A stretch of DNA of 64,000 nt from Acidimicrobiales bacterium (GCA_041908445.1 JAYRFK010000008.1:90583-154582), one strand, 5' to 3'; counted from the first letter of the stretch, positions 52,324-62,173 are shown. Notes: a model not told the origin generated them from the sequence alone. Numbers and translations are program-made.

Positions 52324-53499
52324 ATGGCTGCCACCCCGGTCGACGATCCCCGCGACTTCCTCGGCCTCGACGCCCTGCTCGACGACGAGGAGCGCTCGAT
52401 CCGCGACACCGTGCGCGCCTTCGTGCACGACAAGGTCCTCCCCGACATCGGCGAGTGGTTCGAGGCCGGCACCTTCCCCCGGGAGATGGCCAAGGAGATG
52501 GGCGCCCTCGGCCTGCTCGGCATGCACCTCGAGGGCTACGGCTGCGCCGGCACCAGCGCGGTGAGCTACGGCCTCGCCTGCCTCGAGCTCGAGGCCGGCG
52601 ACTCCGGCTTCCGCAGCTTCGTCTCGGTGCAGGGCTCGCTCGCGATGTTCCCCATCCACGCCTACGGGAGCGAGGAGCAGAAGCAGGAGTGGCTGCCCCG
52701 CATGGCCGCCGGGGAGGCCATCGGCTGCTTCGGGCTCACCGAGCCGGACTCCGGGAGCGATCCGTCGAGCATGCGCACGAACGCCCGCCGTGACGGCGCC
52801 GACTGGATCCTGAACGGCTCCAAGATGTGGATCACGAACGGCGGCATCGCCGACGTGGCCGTGGTGTGGGCCCGCACCGACGAGGGCATCCGCGGCTTCG
52901 TCGTCCCCGCCGACACGCCGGGCTTCTCCACCAACGACGTGCACCGCAAGCTGTCGCTGCGGGCGTCGGTCACGAGCGAGCTCGTGTTCGACGACGTCCG
53001 GCTGCCGGCGGACGCGGTCCTGCCGGGCGTGGCCAGCATGCGGGGCCCGCTCTCGTGCCTGAACGAGGCGCGGTTCGGCATCCTGTTCGGCGCCGTCGGC
53101 GCGGCCCGGGCCTGCTACGAGGCGGCCCTGGACTACGCCACGGAGCGCACCCAGTTCGGCCAGCCCATCGCCGGCTTCCAGCTCACCCAGCGCAAGCTCG
53201 TCGAGCTCATGGTCGCGGTGAACCGGACCGCGCTCGTGGCCCTCCACCTGGGCCGGCGCAAGGATGCGCACGAGCTCACGCCGGCGCAGGTGAGCTTCGG
53301 CAAGTTCGACAACGTGCGCACGGCGCTCGAGGTCGCCCGGGAGGCTCGCAGCATCCTCGGCGCCAACGGCATCACCCTCGACTACCCGGTCATCCGCCAC
53401 ATGAACAACCTCGAGTCGGTCTTCACCTACGAGGGCACGAACGAGATCCACACCCTCGTGCTCGGCCAGGCCATCACCGGCCTCCCCGCCTTCCGCTGA
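52324..53499 (+). CDS. gcdH: Glutaryl-CoA dehydrogenase
   Basis: Close to the remembered GCDH pattern: SGFRSFVSVQGSLAMFPIHAYGSEEQKQEWLP, GCFGLTEPDSGSDP, KMWITNG, and a C-terminal YEGTNEIHTLVLGQAITG. Confidence 0.85.
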   Translation: MAATPVDDPRDFLGLDALLDDEERSIRDTVRAFVHDKVLPDIGEWFEAGTFPREMAKEMGALGLLGMHLEGYGCAGTSAVSYGLACLELEAGDSGFRSFVSVQGSLAMFPIHAYGSEEQKQEWLPRMAAGEAIGCFGLTEPDSGSDPSSMRTNARRDGADWILNGSKMWITNGGIADVAVVWARTDEGIRGFVVPADTPGFSTNDVHRKLSLRASVTSELVFDDVRLPADAVLPGVASMRGPLSCLNEARFGILFGAVGAARACYEAALDYATERTQFGQPIAGFQLTQRKLVELMVAVNRTALVALHLGRRKDAHELTPAQVSFGKFDNVRTALEVAREARSILGANGITLDYPVIRHMNNLESVFTYEGTNEIHTLVLGQAITGLPAFR

Positions 53500-53532
53500 G
53501 CCGCGCCGATCGAGCGACAGGAGCCCCGCCCC

Positions 53533-54678
53533 ATGCACTTCACCGAGGACCACGAGATGTTCCGCAAGACCGTGCGGGACGTCGTCGAGCGTGAGATCAA
53601 CCCCCACGTGGACGAGTGGGAGGCCGCGGGGATCTTCCCCGCCCACGAGCTGTTCCCGAAGCTGGGCGAGCTCGGGCTGCTGGGCCTGGAGTACGACGAG
53701 GCGTACGGCGGCCAGGGCGCCGACCACAGCTACACGGTGATCCTCGGCGAGGAGCTCGGGCGCATCCACTGCGGCGGCGTGCCCATGGCCATCGCCGTGC
53801 AGACCGACATGGCCACCCCCTCCCTGCACCGCTTCGGCACCGAGGAGCTGAAGCAGCGCTACCTCGTGCCCGCCATCCGGGGGGAGGCCGTGGCCGCCAT
53901 CGCCGTCACCGAGCCCGACGCCGGCTCGGACGTGGCCGCGCTGCGCACCCGCGCCGTCCGTGACGGCGACGAGTGGGTGATCAACGGCACGAAGCTCTAC
54001 ATCACCAACGGCACCCAGGCCGACTGGCTGTGCCTGCTCGCCCGCACCTCCGACGACGGTGGCTACCGTGGGATGTCCCAGATCGTCGTGCCCACCGACA
54101 CGCCCGGGTTCAGCGTCAGCCGCAACCTCAAGAAGATGGGGATGTGGTCGTCGGACACGGCCGAGCTGAGCTTCGTCGACGTGCGGGTGCCGGTGGCCAA
54201 CACCATCGGGGACGAGGGCAAGGGCTTCCAGCAGCAGATGGCCCAGTTCCAGAACGAGCGCATGATCGCCAACTACCTGGCGGTGGGCTCGATGGAGGTC
54301 GCCCTCGAGCGAACGGTCGCCTACCTGCGCGAGCGGGTCGTCTTCGGCGCCCCCCTGGCCGAGAGCCAGCACATCCAGTTCGCCCTCGCCGAGCTCTTCG
54401 CCGAGCTCGACGTGGTGCGCCAGTACAACTACTCGTGCGCCGACGCGTACCTCCGGGGCGAGGACACCACCCGCTTCGCGACGATCGCCAAGCTGGTCGC
54501 GCCGCGGCTGGCCCGGCGGGTCGCCGACACCTGCCTGCAGTTCCACGGCGGCATCGGGTACATGGACGAGACGTGGGCGTCGCGCTACTTCCGCGACTCG
54601 CGCCTCTGGTCCATCGGCGGCGGCGCCGACGAGGTCATGCTGCGCACCATCGCCCGCATGGAGGGCATCGGCGCTTGA
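53533..54678 (+). CDS. Acyl-CoA dehydrogenase
   Basis: MHFTEDHEMFRKTVRDVVEREINPHVDEWE, AVTEPDAGSDVA, KLYITNG, QFHGGIGYMDE and SIGGGADEVM are present. Confidence 0.9.
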   Translation: MHFTEDHEMFRKTVRDVVEREINPHVDEWEAAGIFPAHELFPKLGELGLLGLEYDEAYGGQGADHSYTVILGEELGRIHCGGVPMAIAVQTDMATPSLHRFGTEELKQRYLVPAIRGEAVAAIAVTEPDAGSDVAALRTRAVRDGDEWVINGTKLYITNGTQADWLCLLARTSDDGGYRGMSQIVVPTDTPGFSVSRNLKKMGMWSSDTAELSFVDVRVPVANTIGDEGKGFQQQMAQFQNERMIANYLAVGSMEVALERTVAYLRERVVFGAPLAESQHIQFALAELFAELDVVRQYNYSCADAYLRGEDTTRFATIAKLVAPRLARRVADTCLQFHGGIGYMDETWASRYFRDSRLWSIGGGADEVMLRTIARMEGIGA

Positions 54679-55322
54679 CCGACGGGGCGCGCCGGGCCCT
54701 GATCGTCGCCGGCGGCGAGGCGCCCGGGCCCGAGCTGCTGGCCGCCGAGGGGCCCTGGGACGTCGTCGTCGCCGCCGACTCGGGCCTCGACCACGCCGCC
54801 GTCCTGGGACTGGCGGTGGACCTCGTGGTCGGCGACCTCGACTCGGTGTCGGGCACACGGCTCGAGGAGGCGCGCTCGGCCGGGGTGGCCGTCGAGTCGC
54901 ACCCGGCGGACAAGGACGCCACCGACCTCGCGCTGGCCCTCGCCGCCGCCATCCGGCGCGGTGCGACCGACCTGCTGGTGGTGGGGCTGGGTGGCGGCCG
55001 GCCGGACCACGAGCTCGCCAACCTCCTCCTCCTGGCCGCACCCGAGTACGCCGCGGTGGACGTCGAGGCCCGCACCGCGGGCGGCCGCTTCGTGGTCGTC
55101 CGCGACCGCCCCCGCCGCTTCACCGGCCGCCCGGGCGACGTGCTCACCCTCCTGCCCCTGCACGGCCCGGCGCGGGCGGTGCACACCCGGGGCCTGCGCT
55201 GGGCCCTCGACGGCGACGACCTCCCCGCGGCCACGACCCGGGGCGTCAGCAACGAGCTCGCGGCGGCGGAGGCCACGGTCGTGGTGGGCGAGGGCGTCCT
55301 GCTGGCGGTGCAGCCGGGCTGA
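54675..55322 (+). CDS. thiN: Thiamine pyrophosphokinase
   Basis: TTGA overlap with the upstream stop. VVAADSGLDHA, VGDLDS, HPADKDATDLALAL, GLGGGRPDHELAN and the C-terminal thiamine-binding part are present. Confidence 0.75.
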   Translation: MTDGARRALIVAGGEAPGPELLAAEGPWDVVVAADSGLDHAAVLGLAVDLVVGDLDSVSGTRLEEARSAGVAVESHPADKDATDLALALAAAIRRGATDLLVVGLGGGRPDHELANLLLLAAPEYAAVDVEARTAGGRFVVVRDRPRRFTGRPGDVLTLLPLHGPARAVHTRGLRWALDGDDLPAATTRGVSNELAAAEATVVVGEGVLLAVQPG

Positions 55323-55391
55323 GTCCCCGTCCTACCAGGGACGGGACGCGGGTTCGCGCTCAGGCCGCGCGTCGACCTGCCGATAGCGGAG

Positions 55392-56666
55392 GTGATGCCC
55401 CGACCCGCCTCGCGGGCGCTCGTCCTCGCCTTCGGCGCCGTCCTGCTGCTCGCGCCACCGGTGGCGGCCGAGCGCCGCACCACCGCCGCCGACGATCCGG
55501 CGGTGTCGACCACGAGCACGTCCACCACCGAGCCGTCCACCGGCGGTTCCACGACGAGCACCACGGCGCCGACGTCCACGTCCACCAGCACCACCTCGAC
55601 GACGCTCTCGCCGACCGACCCCGGCGCCGGCGGGGACGTGACCGGCGGCGTGATCCCGGACGAGGACATCGTCGTGCCCCCGCCGATGGACGTGACCGCC
55701 GGCCCCCACGTGCCCAGCGTGGCGATCGTGGGCGATCTGGGGTCGGCCCAGGCCCGACTGGCCGAGGCCGAGTCCCACGTGGCCGACGCCGACGCCCGGG
55801 TGACGGCGCTCGCCGCCGAGCTGGCGTCGGTCGAGGACCGCATCGTCGCCCTCACCGACGAGGAACGACAGGCGGTCAAGCGGGTCGAGGAGTCGCGCGA
55901 CGTCCTGGCCGACCGTGCGGTCGACGCCTACATCCGGGGCAACCTCGGCACCCTCACCGCGACCCTCGCGGCCGAGGACCCGAACGAGGTGGGTGCCAAC
56001 GAGGCGATGATGGAGAGCGTCCTCGACGCCGACCACCGGGCCGTCCAGGACTACCGGGTCGCCCGGCGGGACGTCTCGCAGCGCCTCGTCGAGCTCGCCG
56101 ACCGGCGCACCGACCTCGCCACCCAGCTCGTCCAGGCCAAGCACTACGACAAAGCGGTCCGCGCCGACGTGCGGGACGCCCGGGTGCAGCTCATGGCGTT
56201 CGAGGCGGGGAGCCAGATCTTCGTCACCGGGATGGTCTTCCCGGTCGGCGACCCCCACCAGTTCACCGACACGTTCCTGGCGCCCCGCTCCGGTGGTCGC
56301 CAGCACCAGGGCGTGGACATCTTCGCCCCGGCGGGCACGGGCCTGTTCGCGGTGGAGCGGGGCGTGATCGCCAAGGTCGGGAGCAACGCCCTCGGGGGCA
56401 TCAAGCTCTGGCTCTACGGCGAAAGTGGCACCACCTACTACTACGCCCACCTGCTCGACTACGCCCCCGGGATCCGCGACGGCCTCGTGGTCGAGGCCGG
56501 CGACCTGGTCGGCTACGTGGGCAACACCGGGAACGCGGCCACGACCCCGTCCCACCTGCACTTCGAGATCCATCCGGGCAACGGCCCGGCCGTGGACCCG
56601 ACCCCGCTGCTCCAGGTCGTCGACGCACTCGACGACGTCGCCACGCCCTCCGTCGCCCGGCGCTGA
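55392..56666 (+). CDS. Secreted coiled-coil M23-family metallopeptidase
   Basis: A signal peptide is followed by a Ser/Thr-rich linker (STTSTSTTEPSTGGSTTSTTAPTSTSTSTTSTT) and a coiled coil. The LytM motifs are RQHQGVDIFAP and GNAATTPSHLHFEIH. Confidence 0.85.
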   Translation: MMPRPASRALVLAFGAVLLLAPPVAAERRTTAADDPAVSTTSTSTTEPSTGGSTTSTTAPTSTSTSTTSTTLSPTDPGAGGDVTGGVIPDEDIVVPPPMDVTAGPHVPSVAIVGDLGSAQARLAEAESHVADADARVTALAAELASVEDRIVALTDEERQAVKRVEESRDVLADRAVDAYIRGNLGTLTATLAAEDPNEVGANEAMMESVLDADHRAVQDYRVARRDVSQRLVELADRRTDLATQLVQAKHYDKAVRADVRDARVQLMAFEAGSQIFVTGMVFPVGDPHQFTDTFLAPRSGGRQHQGVDIFAPAGTGLFAVERGVIAKVGSNALGGIKLWLYGESGTTYYYAHLLDYAPGIRDGLVVEAGDLVGYVGNTGNAATTPSHLHFEIHPGNGPAVDPTPLLQVVDALDDVATPSVARR

Positions 56667-56718
56667 CGGCCGGACGCGCCGCAACCGGTCGCGGATCGGG
56701 TGGAATGGGGGCGTGGGC

Positions 56719-57159
56719 ATGGACGTGACCGAGACCCTGGACGTGGGCGCGAGCCCCGAGGCGCTGTTCGCCTGGGTGGCCACCCTCGACCGCTACCCGG
56801 GCTGGCTCGACATCGTGGCCCGGGCCGAGCCCGCGGACCCGGCCGAGGGCGACCCCGGGCCGGCGTGGCTCGTCGACCTGCGGGGCCGCCTGGGGCCGCT
56901 CTCACGCGCCAAGCGCCTGCGCATGGTCCGCACCGCGCACACCCCGCCGTCGCGGGCGACCTTCGAGCGCCGCGAGGTCGACGGGCGCTCGCACTCGCCC
57001 TGGGTGCTGGACGCCACCGTCACGCCCGCGGGGGACGGGGCCCGGCTCACGATGCACCTCCACTACGGCGGCGGCCTCTGGGGCCCCGTGCTCGAGCGGA
57101 TGCTGCGCGACGAGGTCGAGCACAGCCGGCCCCGGCTGGCCGCCGCGGTCGAGGCCTAG
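56719..57159 (+). CDS. SRPBCC (START/polyketide-cyclase-like) family protein
   Basis: About 146 aa. The translation VGASPEALFAWVATLDRYPGWLDIV... is typical of SRPBCC proteins. Confidence 0.65.
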   Translation: MDVTETLDVGASPEALFAWVATLDRYPGWLDIVARAEPADPAEGDPGPAWLVDLRGRLGPLSRAKRLRMVRTAHTPPSRATFERREVDGRSHSPWVLDATVTPAGDGARLTMHLHYGGGLWGPVLERMLRDEVEHSRPRLAAAVEA

Positions 57160-57197
57160 GGCCAGCCCGGGCCGGGCCGGGCCGGGCGGCGCGGCCG

Positions 57198-57728
57198 CTA
57201 CGGGGCCCGACGGGCCAGTCGGGTCAGCGCAGCGGCGACCGCGTAGATCACGCCGGCGTAGACGAGCACGAACTTCAGGTACGCGCACGCCGCCGCCACC
57301 TGGGGCGCCGGGGACTCCACCGGCCCGCGGATCATGTCGAGCAGGGCCACGTTCTCGACGGCGTCGCAGGCGCCGCCCGCCCAGGCGGCCCAGGCGAGCA
57401 CGCCGCCGAGGGTGACGAGCCAGGCGTGGCGGAACACCCGCCGGGCCCACACGCAGGCGATGGCGATGGTGGTCGAGTAGGCGAGCAGGAAGAGGTAGTC
57501 GAGGCCGACGCCGAAGGCGGCGTGGATGACGTCACGGTCGTCCCACACCGCCATCGCCTCCCTGGCGGCGGCGACGCTGCCGGCGACCTCGAGGCCGACG
57601 ATCCCGGTGCCGCCCGGGTCGAGCAGGAGCAGGGCAGCGCCGACCACGACGGTGGTGGCGAAGCACGGGAGGAACCAGGTGCGGATGCGGCCGGGCGGTA
57701 CCTCGTCGAACGGGTGGTGGACCGCCAT
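57198..57728 (-). CDS. Hypothetical polytopic membrane protein
   Basis: About 5 hydrophobic helices. It starts 4 nt after the stop of the upstream ABC ATPase gene. Confidence 0.6.
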   Translation of the reverse strand: MAVHHPFDEVPPGRIRTWFLPCFATTVVVGAALLLLDPGGTGIVGLEVAGSVAAAREAMAVWDDRDVIHAAFGVGLDYLFLLAYSTTIAIACVWARRVFRHAWLVTLGGVLAWAAWAGGACDAVENVALLDMIRGPVESPAPQVAAACAYLKFVLVYAGVIYAVAAALTRLARRAP

Positions 57729-57732
57729 GGGT

Positions 57733-58551
57733 TCAAGCCTCGCCGTACGCGGCCCGGGCCGTCCACCGGCCCGCGTGGCGGTCGAGCTCGAGCGGCAGGC
57801 CGAAGCAGGCCGAGAGCGCGTCGGCGTCGAGCACCTCGTCGATCGGGCCGGCGGCCTGCACCTCGCCGTCGCGGAGCAACAGGACGTGGCCGAAGCCGGG
57901 CGGGATCTCCTCGACGTGGTGGGTCACGAGGACCGTGGGCGGCGTGGACGGATCGCTCGCCAGCGCCCCGAGCCGGCGGACGAGGTCCTCCCGGCCCCCG
58001 AGGTCGAGGCCCGCCGTGGGCTCGTCGAGCAGGAGGAGGCCCGGGTCGCCCATGAGGGTGCGGGCGAGCTGGGTGCGCTGGCGCTCACCGGACGACAGCG
58101 TGCCGAAGCGCTGCCCGGCGACCCCCTCGACGCCGACCCTCGCGAGCAGCCCGCGGGCGCGCTCGCGGTCGGCGTCATCGTAGGTGTGCCACCAGGGCTC
58201 GAGGGCGGCGTGCTTGGCGGTGACCACCACGTCGAGCGCCGTGAGGCCGGGGCGGAGCAGGTCGGCCATGGCGGCGCTGGCGACGCCGATGCGGGTGCGC
58301 AGGCGCCGCACGTCGGTGCGGCCGAGGACCTCGCCGAGCACCTCGACCGTGCCCTCGCTCGGGTGCTGGTAGAGCGAGGCGATCCGCAGCAGCGAGGTCT
58401 TCCCCGAGCCGTTGCGGCCGAGCACGACCCAGCGCTCGCCCGGCTGCACCACCCAGTCCACCCCGGCGAGCACCCGGTGCCCGTCGAGCACGAGGCCGAC
58501 CCCCTCCAGGCGCAGGACCGGCCCGTCGGCGGGGGAGGTGGCGGCGCCCAT
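57733..58551 (-). CDS. ABC-transporter ATP-binding protein with no adjacent canonical permease
   Basis: Walker A is GRNGSGKTS, the signature is LSSGERQR and Walker B is LLLLDEP. The H-loop is VTHHVEE. Confidence 0.85.
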   Translation of the reverse strand: MGAATSPADGPVLRLEGVGLVLDGHRVLAGVDWVVQPGERWVVLGRNGSGKTSLLRIASLYQHPSEGTVEVLGEVLGRTDVRRLRTRIGVASAAMADLLRPGLTALDVVVTAKHAALEPWWHTYDDADRERARGLLARVGVEGVAGQRFGTLSSGERQRTQLARTLMGDPGLLLLDEPTAGLDLGGREDLVRRLGALASDPSTPPTVLVTHHVEEIPPGFGHVLLLRDGEVQAAGPIDEVLDADALSACFGLPLELDRHAGRWTARAAYGEA

Positions 58552-59935
58552 CCCGGGGGACGCTACCCGGCGGCGGATAGCGTGGATCCCGACCCCCGAC
58601 GCCCCCGGACCCACCCTGCTGACCACCGCGCTCGGCCTGCTGGCCGTCCTGCTCCTCATCCTGGCCACCGCGTTCTTCGTCGCGGCTGAGTTCGCGCTGG
58701 TCGCCGTGGACCGCAGCCGGGTCGAGCACCTCGCCCACGAGGGTTCCCGCCGGGCGAAGACCACGCTCGCGGTGCTGCGCCGGCTCTCGTTCCACCTCTC
58801 CGGGGCGCAGCTCGGCATCACCATCGTCTCGCTGGTCCTGGGCTTCGTCGCCGAGCCGACGATCGCGGCCCTCATCGAGCCGGCGCTCGAGCCGCTCCTC
58901 GGCACCGGCGCCCGCGGCGTGTCGGTCGCCATCGCGCTGGCCCTCGCCACCGTGTTCCAGATGGTGGTGGGCGAGCTGATCCCGAAGAACGTCGTGATCG
59001 CCCGGCCCACCCGGTCGGCGCTGCGCCTCGCGGCGCCCTTCCGGGCCTACGCCGTGGTGTTCGGGCCCGTCATCTCCGTCTCGGAGCGGGCCGCGAACTG
59101 GGCGGTGCGCAAGCTCGGCGTCGAGCCGCAGGAGGAGCTCTCGGCCGTGCGCTCGCTGCCCGAGCTCGAGCTGCTGTTCCGCTCCTCGGTGGCCGAGGGT
59201 GCGCTCGAGCCGAGGGCCGCCGACCTGCTCGCCCGGTCCATCCGGTTCGGGGAGAAGACCGCCGACGACGCGCTCACGCCGCGCACGGCGCTCGTCGCCC
59301 TCGAGGTCGACGCCCCGCTCGCCGAGCTCGTCGAGCGGTCGCTCGACACGGGCTTCTCCCGCTTCGTCGTCTACGGCACCGACCTCGACGACGTGCGCGG
59401 CGTCGTCCACGTGAAGTCGGTCTACGACATCGCCCCGGACGAGCGGGCGGCCACGCCGGTGCGGTCGGTGATGACCGACGCCTTCGTGGTCCCCGAGAGC
59501 CGGCCCCTGGCCTCGCTGCTCGGCGAGCTGCGCGAGGCGGGCGCTCACCTCGCGGTGGTCGTGGACGAGTACGGCGGCACCGCCGGCATCGTCACCATGG
59601 AGGACCTCATCGAGGAGATCGTCGGCGAGATCGACGACGAGTGGGACCCCGAGCCCGAGGAGCTGTCGGTCGTGCAGCCGTCCGGCACCTTCCTGCTGTC
59701 CGGCAGCCTGCACCCCGACGAGGTCGCCGAGGCCTGCGGGTTCGTCGTCCCCGAAGGCCAGTACGAGACCCTCGCCGGCTTCGTGCTCGACCGCCTCGGC
59801 CACCTACCGGTGGCGGGGGAGTGGGTGGCCCACGACGGCTGGGAGCTGGAGGTGGTCGAGCTCGACCGCCGGCGGATCGACCGCATCCGCCTGGTCCCGC
59901 CCGCGCCCGCGCCCGACGCCGAGGACGTCCCGTGA
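58538..59935 (+). CDS. CNNM/CorC-family (DUF21-CBS-CorC_HlyC) hemolysin-like membrane protein
   Basis: FFVAAEFALVAVDRSRVE and GELIPKN are DUF21 motifs. A CBS pair and a C-terminal CorC_HlyC-like part (FLLSGSLHPDEV...) follow. The start is uncertain: GTG 58538 would overlap the divergent ABC start, and the only alternatives are in-frame CTG codons near 58616. Confidence 0.75.
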   Translation: MAAPIPGDATRRRIAWIPTPDAPGPTLLTTALGLLAVLLLILATAFFVAAEFALVAVDRSRVEHLAHEGSRRAKTTLAVLRRLSFHLSGAQLGITIVSLVLGFVAEPTIAALIEPALEPLLGTGARGVSVAIALALATVFQMVVGELIPKNVVIARPTRSALRLAAPFRAYAVVFGPVISVSERAANWAVRKLGVEPQEELSAVRSLPELELLFRSSVAEGALEPRAADLLARSIRFGEKTADDALTPRTALVALEVDAPLAELVERSLDTGFSRFVVYGTDLDDVRGVVHVKSVYDIAPDERAATPVRSVMTDAFVVPESRPLASLLGELREAGAHLAVVVDEYGGTAGIVTMEDLIEEIVGEIDDEWDPEPEELSVVQPSGTFLLSGSLHPDEVAEACGFVVPEGQYETLAGFVLDRLGHLPVAGEWVAHDGWELEVVELDRRRIDRIRLVPPAPAPDAEDVP

Positions 59936-59948
59936 CGGCGGCGCGCTG

Positions 59949-61085
59949 ATGGACACCACCGCGCTGCTCTTCACCGTCGCACTGCTCTTGCTCAACGGCT
60001 GGTTCGTCGCCGTCGAGTTCGCCCTGATCGCGGCCCGTCGCACCAAGCTCGAGCAGGAGCGCCTCGCCGGGAGCCGGGCCGCAGGGGTCGGGATCGCGCT
60101 GATCGACGAGCTGTCGATCCAGCTCGCGGGGGCCCAGCTCGGCGTCACCGTGGCGTCGCTGCTGCTCGGCTACGTGGCCGAGCCGGCGGTCTCGCACCTC
60201 ATCGAGTCCGCCATCGGCGCGGTCGTCGAGCTCCCCGAAGGGCTGCTGCGCACGATCGGCTTCGTGGTGGGCCTGTCGCTCGTGGTCCTCGCCCACATGG
60301 TGGTGGGGGAGATGGTCCCGAAGAACCTGACCCTCGCGCAGCCGGAGAAGACGCTGCGGATCCTCGCCCTGCCCACCCGCGCCATCACCACGGTGCTGCG
60401 CCCCGTGATCTGGTTCCTGAACGCCCTGGCCAACGGCGGGCTCTGGCTGCTGCGCATCGAGGCCAAGGACACGCTGTCGGACACCCACTCCGCGGCCGAG
60501 CTCGCGACGATGCTCGACGCGTCGCACGAGGAGGGGCTCATCCCCGAGGACCAGCACGAGCTGCTGTCGAGCGCCCTCGACTTCGGCGCGGCGCCGGTGT
60601 CGAGCGTCATGGTGCCGCGGGAGCGGGTCGTGCACGTCCGCCGGGACGCCACCGTGGCCGAGATCGAGGACGTGATCCGCCGCAGCGGCCACAGCCGCCT
60701 GCCCGTGGTCGACGACGGCCTCGACGAGGTGGTCGGCTTCATCCACGCCAAGGACCTGCTCGCGCTGCGCCCGGACGCCTGGAGCGAGCCCCTGCCCGAG
60801 CGGCTGCTGCGCACCGAGCTGGTGCAGCTCGACGAGGGCCGCACGGTCGAGGAGGCCATGCTCGAGATGCGGCGGCGGCGGCGCCACCTGGGCATCGCCC
60901 GGGACGCCGGCGGCCGCACCACCGGCCTGGTGACCCTGGAGGACCTCGTCGAGGAGCTGGTCGGTGACATCCGCGACGAGTCCGACCGCGACGCCCCCGA
61001 CCGCGACGACCCCGACCGCGACGGGCGCGACGACGGGGTGAGGGGCGCCGCCGAGGGCGGGGATGCCGGCCCCTCCGCCGGGTGA
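59949..61085 (+). CDS. CNNM-family (DUF21-CBS) membrane protein lacking the CorC_HlyC domain
   Basis: WFVAVEFALIAARRTKLE, GEMVPKN, a CBS pair and an acidic, low-complexity DR-rich tail are present. Confidence 0.85.
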   Translation: MDTTALLFTVALLLLNGWFVAVEFALIAARRTKLEQERLAGSRAAGVGIALIDELSIQLAGAQLGVTVASLLLGYVAEPAVSHLIESAIGAVVELPEGLLRTIGFVVGLSLVVLAHMVVGEMVPKNLTLAQPEKTLRILALPTRAITTVLRPVIWFLNALANGGLWLLRIEAKDTLSDTHSAAELATMLDASHEEGLIPEDQHELLSSALDFGAAPVSSVMVPRERVVHVRRDATVAEIEDVIRRSGHSRLPVVDDGLDEVVGFIHAKDLLALRPDAWSEPLPERLLRTELVQLDEGRTVEEAMLEMRRRRRHLGIARDAGGRTTGLVTLEDLVEELVGDIRDESDRDAPDRDDPDRDGRDDGVRGAAEGGDAGPSAG

Positions 61086-62173
61086 TCGGCATGGTTCGCT
61101 ACCCTCGCATCGTGCGCAAGGCCTACCGGGTGCTGGCCGCCGCCGCCCTGGGATGGGTCACGCTCTCGGCCGGCGACGGCCTGTCGGCGTCGGACGTCGA
61201 GGAGGCGCGCGCCCGCGCCGAGGACAGCATCCGGGCTCTCGACGAGGCCATGGAGGAGCTCGGCGCCATCGAGCAGCAGGTCGCCGAGGTGGAGCACCGC
61301 CTCGAGCGGGCCGGCGCCGAGATCGACGCCGTCGAGGCCGAGGTGCGGGCGATCGCGGTCGACCAGTACACGCGGGCGGGCGAGCCGCCGGTGCTGGTGC
61401 CACCCGACGAGGACCCGGGCGACCAGTTGCTCGGCAACGAGCTGGCCCGCATCGTCACCGGCGGCGACACCGACCTCCTCGACGCGTACGCGGCCCAGCG
61501 GGCCGACCTGGCCGCGGCCGCCGACGAGCTGGACGAGCTCCGGACCGAGCAGCAAGCCGCCGTCGAGCGCATCGAGGCCCGCAATGCCGAGCTGCAGGCC
61601 GAGGTCGCCCGCCTCGAGGAGCTCGAGCGCCAGCGCATCGAGGCCGAACGCCGGCGCATCGAGGCCGAGCGACGGCGCCGTGCGGCCGCTGCCGCGGCCG
61701 CCGCGGCCAGCACACCTGCCGACGACCAGCCGGCCGACGACACCCCCGACTCGCCCGACCCCACCGGCAGCCCGACGCCCCCGGCGAGCGACGGCGACTT
61801 CGTGTGCCCGGTGCCAGGCTCGACCTTCATCGACTCCTGGGGGGCGCCCCGCTCGGGGGGCCGCCGCCACCAGGGCGTGGACATGATGGCGTCGGCCGGC
61901 ACGCCCATCTACGCCTCGGTGAACGGGAACGTCTCGCACCGCGGGGTCAGCCTCGGTGGGCTGTCGTTCTTCCTCTACGGCGCCGACGGCAACACCTACT
62001 TCGGCACCCACCTGAGCGCCTACGGGGCGTCCGGCCCGGTCGTCGCCGGCACGGTGATCGGCTACGTGGGCGCCACCGGCAACGCCAACGGCATCAACCA
62101 CCTGCACTTCGAGATCTGGCCCGGCGGTGGCGCGCCGGTCAACCCCTACCCGACCGTTGCCGCCGCCTGCTGA
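61082..62173 (+). CDS. Coiled-coil M23-family metallopeptidase (paralogue of 55392-56666)
   Basis: A coiled coil with an in-frame 21-nt tandem duplication (RIEAERR x2) is followed by an Ala/Pro-rich linker. The LytM motifs are RRHQGVDMMAS and GNANGINHLHFEIW. Confidence 0.85.
   Translation: MIGMVRYPRIVRKAYRVLAAAALGWVTLSAGDGLSASDVEEARARAEDSIRALDEAMEELGAIEQQVAEVEHRLERAGAEIDAVEAEVRAIAVDQYTRAGEPPVLVPPDEDPGDQLLGNELARIVTGGDTDLLDAYAAQRADLAAAADELDELRTEQQAAVERIEARNAELQAEVARLEELERQRIEAERRRIEAERRRRAAAAAAAAASTPADDQPADDTPDSPDPTGSPTPPASDGDFVCPVPGSTFIDSWGAPRSGGRRHQGVDMMASAGTPIYASVNGNVSHRGVSLGGLSFFLYGADGNTYFGTHLSAYGASGPVVAGTVIGYVGATGNANGINHLHFEIWPGGGAPVNPYPTVAAAC

Noticed and set aside
55323-55391. Cyclic-di-AMP (ydaO-type) riboswitch in front of the M23 cell-wall hydrolase gene, as is common in Actinomycetota.
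   Set aside because: The spacer is only 69 nt, too short for that riboswitch. It contains just a short hairpin (CCCGTCC-TACCAG-GGACGGG), probably terminating the upstream gene.
61634-61675. A 21-nt tandem duplication.
   Set aside because: It is in frame within the coiled-coil region of an M23 peptidase (RIEAERR twice). This is a coding-sequence duplication rather than an independent repeat element. It is mentioned under the M23 finding.
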